From Edaphobacter aggregans (GTDB lineage: Bacteria; Acidobacteriota; Terriglobia; Terriglobales; Acidobacteriaceae), in NCBI RefSeq assembly GCF_003945235.1, contig NZ_RSDW01000001.1:660001-692000 (forward strand): a stretch of DNA of 32,000 nt. The letters run 5' to 3'. Positions 24,166 to 30,545 of this stretch are shown piece after piece. Under the pieces are notes generated by a model, which worked only from the letters and a program-made list of their open reading frames with translations, searched no databases and had not been told where the DNA came from. Position numbers and translations under genes: made by a program. Every line of letters starts with the position of its first letter. The stretch's first letter is position 1.

Positions 24166-26201
24166 TCTCAGGATCCGGTTCGGTGCAGGTGCAGGATACG
24201 GGCACCTATTCTGTGTCGGGCAATTCGATTACTGTCTCCCTGCCCGGCGTCGGCAAGTCGGCGCATGGATCATGGAGTCTGAGCGCGAATACTCTGCGGC
24301 TGCCGTTTCAACTGTTTTCGAACGATGCTGGTTCTTCGTTGTGGTCCTGTATCGCGGCAGCGAGTAACCCGTCGGGAGAAGGATCTGGCTCCGGAGGCGG
24401 CGGTTCTCACTCGACCAGCGGAGCAAGCGGCTCGGGCGGGCAAAATAGTAATGGCAGCAACAATGAAAAGGGCTCCAACGGACACGGGAATAGTCTTTCT
24501 ACTACCGGCAATAAGAAAGGCAGCGGCCCAGCTGGGCCGACTCACCAGCCGAATAATCCACCACCCGATAATCCGCCGAACAATCCACCAGACAATCCAC
24601 CAGACAATCCACCCCCGGATAATCCTCCGAACAACCCTCCGGACAATCCGCCCGACAACCCGCCAAACAATCCTCCAAATACGCCGCCGAACCAGCCAAA
24701 CAGCTGGCAAAATAGCCCGGTTGCGCCCTATGTCGGCGACTGGGTAGGGATTGGGTGGGGGTGGGAGGTTCGCTTTCAATCGGGCGACTGGAATGGGCAT
24801 CCCGATGAAAAGAACAGTGTGATGACCCTTACGGTTCGTCATCTTGCACGTTTCGATTTCACCGTTGACGCAAAGGGGCAGGTCGTGGGAAACGGCGAAG
24901 TTACTTATGACCTCGACCCCAATCTCTGCGGAGTTTATCGCGCCGCAGAACAGATCAATATGGCGATTGACGTACTCAAGAACTTCAACAGTGCGTTGAG
25001 CAAGATGCGTTCGTACGCGACCCAAATTGACAAAATCTTCGGCATGAAGAGTCAGATCGAAGCATCCGAGGCAAAGGACAAGATCGAATCCTGGAAGAAG
25101 TTCAAGAACGCCAACTCAGCCCAGCAATTCGGAGTAACGCAGACCCATACCTCTCCCTGGAGCAATATGGGGCACAACGCCGAAGACACTGGCGACCTTG
25201 CTGCCTCTGTCTGGTATGAACGGTGCAGTAAAGGCGCTCCCGTCTCGATCGTAGGGGGTCTAAGCTGCGAAGACTTGCTTGGCGGACCACCACTGACCGT
25301 ACCAGGCGAAATGCAGAGTACGGAAGAGAAGCTGGCTGAATTCGCTAAAGATCAGGGGAAGGATCTTGCAAAGGACGCATGGAAGAAGTTGCAGGAGAAG
25401 GATCCCGGCTTTTGGAATCACGATGCCAATTATCTCTATACGACTGTATCCGGCGAAGCTGTCGATGCCGCAGCAGACGCTCTCAAAGAAAAGACGCTTA
25501 AGACCCTTAATGTCTTCGATGTTCAGGAGCAACCGGGCAAGGATGAGTGCGCGGGCATCCCTTCCACGCGTACAGCCGGCAACTCTTTTAATACTCCTAC
25601 GGCGGAGAGCCTCATGGCCAGTTGGAAGGAATTGGGAGACAGTATCAAGACGATGAATCCCGATGTTGCTGTCAATGTGCTGATGAACGCTCCCGGAGTC
25701 ACAAAGGTTCAGTACGACTACAAAGGGCTGGCGAATGGACCGGAGTCGCGCCGGTTCAAGATTCGTGGCTATGTCAGTGGCAACAAGTTGGTGCTGCATC
25801 AGGATGGCGATGTCTACGGTGGAGACAAGAACCTTCCGGTGCAGTACACGGTGAACATGGTGACCACAAAAGCGCAATTCCCTACCTGGAGCCCGTTCAT
25901 CGACAACGACAGTGCCGACCTCGCCACATCAGGAAAAGTGAAACAGCTCGAGCGCAAATCGGTTACTTGTGATGTGAAGAGCGGCAAGACCGGCGGCAAG
26001 GAAGCGCCAAGTACTGCCGGAGGTGCGAGCAAATGTACTCCGCACGAGGAGTTAGTAACAACGGTCTCGGATTCATCCACACCGTTCGCCATTTATTACA
26101 AGAGTGGAGAGCATCGCAACGGCGTCAAGGTGTGGCATGAGTATGAGTACTACTGGAACGCATACAAGGTCACTGAGCCTCTGAGCATTACCGAAAAGTA
26201 A
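24042..26201 (+). CDS. Large modular exported protein, unknown function (operon gene C); N-terminus apparently frameshifted
   Basis: 719-aa ORF. The first ~40 codons are Arg-rich and implausible. Sensible sequence begins near 24165 (FSGSGSVQVQDTGTYSVSGNSITVSLPG...). Then come a Gly/Ser/Asn-rich linker, (D/N)NPP repeats and a ~500-aa domain with no motif I recognise. The stop overlaps the SD of gene D (TAAGGAG). Confidence 0.8.
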   Translation: MRAGVRAKPADGAMQLPFGFGGIDSRFRDLHLALVRWARRPFSGSGSVQVQDTGTYSVSGNSITVSLPGVGKSAHGSWSLSANTLRLPFQLFSNDAGSSLWSCIAAASNPSGEGSGSGGGGSHSTSGASGSGGQNSNGSNNEKGSNGHGNSLSTTGNKKGSGPAGPTHQPNNPPPDNPPNNPPDNPPDNPPPDNPPNNPPDNPPDNPPNNPPNTPPNQPNSWQNSPVAPYVGDWVGIGWGWEVRFQSGDWNGHPDEKNSVMTLTVRHLARFDFTVDAKGQVVGNGEVTYDLDPNLCGVYRAAEQINMAIDVLKNFNSALSKMRSYATQIDKIFGMKSQIEASEAKDKIESWKKFKNANSAQQFGVTQTHTSPWSNMGHNAEDTGDLAASVWYERCSKGAPVSIVGGLSCEDLLGGPPLTVPGEMQSTEEKLAEFAKDQGKDLAKDAWKKLQEKDPGFWNHDANYLYTTVSGEAVDAAADALKEKTLKTLNVFDVQEQPGKDECAGIPSTRTAGNSFNTPTAESLMASWKELGDSIKTMNPDVAVNVLMNAPGVTKVQYDYKGLANGPESRRFKIRGYVSGNKLVLHQDGDVYGGDKNLPVQYTVNMVTTKAQFPTWSPFIDNDSADLATSGKVKQLERKSVTCDVKSGKTGGKEAPSTAGGASKCTPHEELVTTVSDSSTPFAIYYKSGEHRNGVKVWHEYEYYWNAYKVTEPLSITEK
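24549..24701 (+). repeat. In-frame 12-nt tandem repeat encoding about 12 (D/N)NPP units
   Basis: The DNA reads ccg aat aat cca cca ccc gat aat ccg ccg aac aat cca cca gac aat ... and translates to PNNPPPDNPPNNPPDNPPDNPPPDNPPNNPPDNPPDNPPNNPPNTPPNQPN. Synonymous codon variation between units shows it is a maintained coding repeat. Confidence 0.9.
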
Positions 26202-26212
26202 GGAGAACGTAT

Positions 26213-26896
26213 ATGCGAAAGATTTACGGCCTGGTAATCCTGTCTCTGGCAACTGCCTTGGGAGGCGCTGCACAGACCTCCCACTCATCCGGTCTTGCGA
26301 CGCTGAAGTATCAATACAAAGTAGGTGTCTTACCCTTCGTTGATACCACTGGCAATCTCGAGGACAAAACGACTGCGATTGCTCGTCTACTACAGTCCGA
26401 GTTAACGCACAGCTCCGACCTCGAGGTTCGATTCATCAAACCAGGAGACGATACAGGCAGCGATATTGATTCCGATGCTGCGGTCAAATTGGCGCGTGAT
26501 CACAAGAACGACGTCATAGTCCTCGCCACCATCCTCTCCGCTCAGGTCGAAGAGTCGGACCATAGCGCGCAGGGACCAAGCATCTTCGGCCAAACACTTG
26601 GCGGCTCCAGTCATTCCGCAAAAGCGACTGTTGAGTTACAAGCCGATCTGTACAGTTCGGTCACAGGCAAAAAGCTCGACAGTATTCGTGTAACAGGCGA
26701 GGAGAAGGCCAGCAAAATCTCCGGCAACGTCGACACATCTCTCGGAGAGTTAGGCAGCGACGGGCAAGCTCCCGACTCCCCCCTAGGCAAGGCGATGCAA
26801 AAAGCAATCCACGGCGTGGCGACGCGCATTGCAGCGGATGAGCCCAAGATGCTCCGGTACCAACCTTCTGGCGATGCTAACTCTCCTGCGCCATAG
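26213..26896 (+). CDS. Secreted protein with CsgG/LpoB/TolB-N-like alpha/beta scaffold pattern (operon gene D)
   Basis: Signal peptide MRKIYGLVILSLATALGGAAQ with no Cys. The pattern KVGVLPFVDTTGN...LLQSEL...LEV...AVKLARDHKNDVIVLATI...ATVELQADLYSSVTGKKLDSIRVTGE...AIHGVATRIA resembles the CsgG/LpoB-type fold signature. AAGGAG lies 6 nt upstream. The family call is tentative. Confidence 0.6.
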   Translation: MRKIYGLVILSLATALGGAAQTSHSSGLATLKYQYKVGVLPFVDTTGNLEDKTTAIARLLQSELTHSSDLEVRFIKPGDDTGSDIDSDAAVKLARDHKNDVIVLATILSAQVEESDHSAQGPSIFGQTLGGSSHSAKATVELQADLYSSVTGKKLDSIRVTGEEKASKISGNVDTSLGELGSDGQAPDSPLGKAMQKAIHGVATRIAADEPKMLRYQPSGDANSPAP

Positions 26897-27015
26897 AGAA
26901 AACGGGGCCTAAGCGAAATCTAGTGTCCGAAAACTTTCTTCCGTAATACCCGCGCGCGCGAATGCATAAGTACACAGCATCACGCTGTAATCACTTCTTA
27001 TTAGGAGTTCATGCC

Positions 27016-27438
27016 ATGCAATGTCCGGTTTGCAATACAGAGACAGGAAGCACTTCCGCATTCTGCCCACACTGCGGGGCAAATACCGGCACTGGCGCTG
27101 CCCAGGCGATAGCAGCACAACCAAGCGGACTCTCGGACACTGCAGCCGGCACTATCGCCTACCTCACATTTATTCCAGCGATCATCTTTCTAGCAATGGA
27201 GCCCTACAACCGCAGCTCTTACGTGCGGTTCCATGCATGGCAGTCGATCTTTCTTGGGATCGCCATCATCGCAATCAATACAATCCTGGGGCTGATCCCG
27301 ATTGTCGGATGGATCGCAGCGCCAATCGTGAGCCTGGGGTTTTTGATTTTGTGGATCATGGTTCTCATCAAAGCCAGCAAAGGTGAGCGCTACAAGGTTC
27401 CGTTCATTGGGAACTTTGCTGATCAGCAGGCAAAGTAG
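27016..27438 (+). CDS. Zinc-ribbon plus DUF4870-like small membrane protein
   Basis: ATG 27016 has AGGAG 8 nt upstream; the track start 26962 adds an implausible leader. N-terminal zinc ribbon CPVCN...CPHCG, then 3 TM segments with the motif YVRFHAWQSIFLG typical of DUF4870-type proteins. Confidence 0.75.
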   Translation: MQCPVCNTETGSTSAFCPHCGANTGTGAAQAIAAQPSGLSDTAAGTIAYLTFIPAIIFLAMEPYNRSSYVRFHAWQSIFLGIAIIAINTILGLIPIVGWIAAPIVSLGFLILWIMVLIKASKGERYKVPFIGNFADQQAK

Positions 27439-27469
27439 TACTGCAATAGCGCTCGAAGGAGAAGTGTCA

Positions 27470-27545
27470 GGGATTCTAACGTTTTTCCAATCCCATCGGC
27501 ACACCCCTACAACATCCCGGATGAGGCAATTCACATCTCATCCGG
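27470..27545 (+). other. Two stem-loops between the DUF4870-like and MFS genes
   Basis: First: GGGATT (27470-27475) / AATCCC (27489-27494). Second: a perfect 9-bp stem CCGGATGAG (27517-27525) / CTCATCCGG (27537-27545) with an 11-nt loop. Neither is followed by a T-run, so the role (terminator or regulatory) is unclear. Confidence 0.3.
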
Positions 27546-27641
27546 ATCACCCTAATCTTGATGACCGAGACACGATTCCGGTAACGTGGATGGGGCGCGG
27601 CCGGTATGATTTCCCCGTTCGGACGCGAGAGATGAGGCCCG

Positions 27642-28919
27642 ATGCAGTCGAGTGGCTCGATGCGCGCGCAGATCGGAACGCTCATCATCGCGACGAGCCT
27701 CATCCAGTTTGCAAACGGATTCTTCAACACGTTCATTTCCTTGCGAGTGGCGAGCGAGAATTTTGGCGCGACCCTGGCCGGTCTCGTGCTCAGCAGCTTT
27801 TTCGCCGGCTTCACGCTGGGCGCGTTGCGCTGCGCGAAGATTATCGAGCGTATCGGACACATTCGCGCCTATGCAGCCTTCGCCGGTCTGGTTGTCGCGG
27901 CGACTGCGGCGATGCCACTAAAAATCGGGCCGTTGCCCTGGTTGCTTCTGCGCGGGGTCATCGGGTTTGGTAGTGCCGGGGTTTTTGTCACGACGGAGAG
28001 TTGGCTCAATGCTAAGGCCCAGCCATCGGAGCGCGGGCGGGTTTTCTCGATCTACATGGTAGGCACCTTCTTGGCTCTTGCAGTCGGCCAACTTTTAATA
28101 GCCCGAGCCGAGCTTGAGGGAGCAGCACCATTCAATGCGATCGTCGCCCTGTTCGCTGTGGCGTTGATCATGGTAAGCGCGACTCGAGCCGAGCCTCCCC
28201 TGACAGCCGCCGCAGAGAAGCTGACTTACGGCGAACTCGCCCGTGGAGCGCCTGTCGCTGTCGTCGGCTGCGTAGTGAATGGGCTTGTAACCAGTGCGTT
28301 CTATGCACTCGTTCCGGCGTGGATGCAAGATAAGGGCGTTGATCGCGGCCATATCGCACTATTCATGCTCGTAGCTGTGGTCGGCGGCCTTGCGTTTCAA
28401 GTCCCGGTAGGACGGATCTCGGATCGCTTCGACCGGCGGATCGTACTATCGGTACTAGGCCTCGGCTTCGCAGGTGCGGCCGCTGCACTCGTCTTGCTTC
28501 CCCGCTCCTCCCCAATGATTTTGCCGACCGCAGCCGTGCTCGGCGGCTTTATGTCGACCCTCTACCCGGTCTGTGTAGCCAACGCGCACGACCGCATGCC
28601 GGCCGATAGGGTCGTAGCGGTAAGTGGTCAACTCATTCTGGTGAGCGGGCTCGGCTCAGTGCTCGGCCCTCTTATCGGCACGAGCCTCATGGCGCGATTC
28701 GATATCGACGGGGTGTTCTACTTTATGGCCGCCGCAGCGCTCCTTTTGGCACTCGTCGCCGCAAGCGGAAGCTTGATGATGAGGGCGCCGCGACACCTGC
28801 GACGACCTTTCGAGATTTTGACGCCGTTGGCAGCACCTCTCGCACAGGATTCGCTCGGTTGCTCCGACGACGACCCCTTCTCGGTGGACTCTATCGAGGT
28901 AGGCTCGAAGGAACACTGA
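27642..28919 (+). CDS. MFS transporter (YcaD-like)
   Basis: 425 aa, about 12 TM. The N-terminal half resembles the YcaD/YfkF type (…TTESWLNAKAQPSERGRVFSIYMVGTFLALAVGQLL…). GAGG lies 4 nt upstream of ATG 27642. Confidence 0.88.
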   Translation: MQSSGSMRAQIGTLIIATSLIQFANGFFNTFISLRVASENFGATLAGLVLSSFFAGFTLGALRCAKIIERIGHIRAYAAFAGLVVAATAAMPLKIGPLPWLLLRGVIGFGSAGVFVTTESWLNAKAQPSERGRVFSIYMVGTFLALAVGQLLIARAELEGAAPFNAIVALFAVALIMVSATRAEPPLTAAAEKLTYGELARGAPVAVVGCVVNGLVTSAFYALVPAWMQDKGVDRGHIALFMLVAVVGGLAFQVPVGRISDRFDRRIVLSVLGLGFAGAAAALVLLPRSSPMILPTAAVLGGFMSTLYPVCVANAHDRMPADRVVAVSGQLILVSGLGSVLGPLIGTSLMARFDIDGVFYFMAAAALLLALVAASGSLMMRAPRHLRRPFEILTPLAAPLAQDSLGCSDDDPFSVDSIEVGSKEH

Positions 28920-29083
28920 GCCACATCGTACAGCTAGTGCCACAGAACGAAGCGATGCTGCGAGGAGGTGTCCGCGCCGCGGGTCATCGCAAGACTCTCC
29001 TCCACAGTCGACTTTCATGCTGCTACTTCATCGCAATTCTTACGGTGATTATGGAAGTCCAACCATTTCTTGCTTGGCTGTCA

Positions 29084-29339
29084 GAATCCATGGTAGGATT
29101 CGTTCTCTGGCGCGAGCGTGGTGAGCAAGTTAGAGCGTCAGATAAGCGTAACAATGGCAATCGATTCCTGCACGACGACGTGCCACGGGCCCTCAACTCG
29201 GGAAGCGGCTCCGGTGAAAAGTGAATGTTCTGCCTGGGTCCTCTCGATGATCAAACTTAGACCGCCGTTTTTTTGATTCGGTGAATCGTCCCGTGGAATC
29301 CAGGCCGATCGCTGATAGTAAAGATCGTCATCGGATTCC
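29084..29339. promoter_or_regulatory. Cluster of GAATC/GATTC inverted repeats upstream of the second RND operon
   Basis: Seven GAATC/GATTC cores form three inverted pairs. Pair 1: GAATCC (29084-29089)-N6-GGATTC (29096-29101). Pair 2: GATTC (29275-29279)-ggt-GAATC (29283-29287). Pair 3: GGAATCC (29295-29301)-N31-GGATTCC (29333-29339). The palindrome AATCGATT (29159-29166) is also present. The cluster ends 40 nt before ATG 29379. Confidence 0.35.
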
Positions 29340-29378
29340 CCTAGGGCCGCGTTTTGCAGACACTAAACGGAGGCTTGC

Positions 29379-30545
29379 ATGCCTATAGGGAAGGCGCAGC
29401 TGGGGCTGACGGTCGCTTTGTCAATAGCCTGTCTCGTTGTCGGATGTTCGTCCGGTCCTTCGAATGCTCCCGAGGAGGCCCGGCCCGTCAAGACGATGGT
29501 CGTGGCAGCCGGCGATACACCGACTGTGCGATCCTTCCCCGGACGGGTCGAAGCGTCGAAGATGGTCGACCTCGCATTCCAGGTATCCGGCGTACTCGTC
29601 AAACTGCCATTCAGAGAGGGAGAGCGAGCCTCCAAGGGCGCGATGATCGCCCAACTCCGGCAGGACGAATTTCAAGCCCGTCTGCAGACCGTGCAGGCCA
29701 CACTCGACCAGGCCCGTGCTCAGTTGGGCGCATCCGAATCAAGACTCGCGAACGCCAAAACAGAATCGGAACGCTTCGGACGCCTTGTCGACTCCAGCGC
29801 CGTATCACGGTCTGATTACGATCAAGCTCAAACAACCTACCGCGCGGCCCAGGAAGATTACACCGGCCAACAGGCAGGAATTCGCGGACTCGAAGGCCGC
29901 CTGGCAGAGGCGAAGCTCCAGTTTGGCGACAGTACTCTGCGCGCTCCCTACGACGGCGTGGTCGCCCAGCGGCTCGTTGACGTGGGACAAAACATCGTCG
30001 CAAACAATCCCGTCATCCGCTTTCAGAATGTCAACGACATTGACATCGTCGCGGACGTGCCGGAAGGATTCATAGCCGCCGATATTCGCTCGTCCAACAT
30101 TCAGCAGAGCGTCGCAGAACTCAGCACAGCGCCTGGGCGGCAGTTTCCAGTACACATCAAAGAGGTCGCACAGATAGCGGACCCGAGGACTCAGATCTTC
30201 GAAGTTCGCTTTGCTCTGAAGGCTCCTCCTGGCATCACGGCGCTTCCCGGCATGACGGCCACCGTTACCATCACCACCCGAGGATCCAGAACTCCGGGCA
30301 ACCTCCTTCTTGTGCCAGTCTCGGCCATCTCCAAGCAGGAAACTGGCGAGCAGGTGGTGTGGGTCCTTGGGTCAGATCAAACTGTCCATCGCCGACCGGT
30401 AAAGATGGGCGCTCCTACTGGCGACAGGATTGAAATCTCTGGCGGGGTGCAACCGGGCGACCGCATCGTTGTGGCGGGAGCGTCATTCCTGCGCGAAGGC
30501 ATGAAGGTTCGCGATCTGGGCGACGCGCTTGGAGGCGGCCAATAA
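29379..30545 (+). CDS. Efflux RND periplasmic adaptor lipoprotein (MFP family)
   Basis: GGAGG lies upstream of ATG 29379. Lipobox LVVGC. Lipoyl half-motifs VSGVLVKLPFREGERASKGAMIAQL ... LRAPYDGVVAQRLVDVGQ flank an alpha-hairpin. A beta-barrel/MP-proximal C-terminal region follows. Confidence 0.9.
   Translation: MPIGKAQLGLTVALSIACLVVGCSSGPSNAPEEARPVKTMVVAAGDTPTVRSFPGRVEASKMVDLAFQVSGVLVKLPFREGERASKGAMIAQLRQDEFQARLQTVQATLDQARAQLGASESRLANAKTESERFGRLVDSSAVSRSDYDQAQTTYRAAQEDYTGQQAGIRGLEGRLAEAKLQFGDSTLRAPYDGVVAQRLVDVGQNIVANNPVIRFQNVNDIDIVADVPEGFIAADIRSSNIQQSVAELSTAPGRQFPVHIKEVAQIADPRTQIFEVRFALKAPPGITALPGMTATVTITTRGSRTPGNLLLVPVSAISKQETGEQVVWVLGSDQTVHRRPVKMGAPTGDRIEISGGVQPGDRIVVAGASFLREGMKVRDLGDALGGGQ

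Noticed and set aside
24549-24701. Short-period direct repeats that could superficially suggest a CRISPR-like or minisatellite array.
   Set aside because: The period is 12 nt with no spacers, it is in frame within a long ORF, and it encodes a Pro-rich peptide repeat. No cas genes are present in the window.
24270-25025. 251-aa minus-strand ORF with striking RRIVRRVV/WWIVWW repeats.
   Set aside because: It is the reverse-complement reading of the (D/N)NPP coding repeat and Gly/Ser linker of gene C. It is an artefact of the repeat, not a gene.
26951-26960. (CG)5 alternating tract upstream of the DUF4870-like gene, with Z-DNA potential.
   Set aside because: It is only 10 bp and isolated, with no associated repeat or symmetry. 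It is probably fortuitous in GC-rich DNA.
20165-27438. The accessory-looking block as a mobile genomic island.
   Set aside because: I found no integrase, transposase, tRNA attachment site, flanking direct repeats or inverted terminal repeats. The impression of lower GC is by eye only and needs computation.
28859-29224. 121-aa ORF running from inside the MFS gene into the 460-bp spacer (internal ATG at 29051 would give 57 aa).
   Set aside because: It starts out of frame within the MFS gene. The spacer part is AT-rich with operator-like repeats. It has no family resemblance. It cannot be excluded as a small protein, but it is unsupported.
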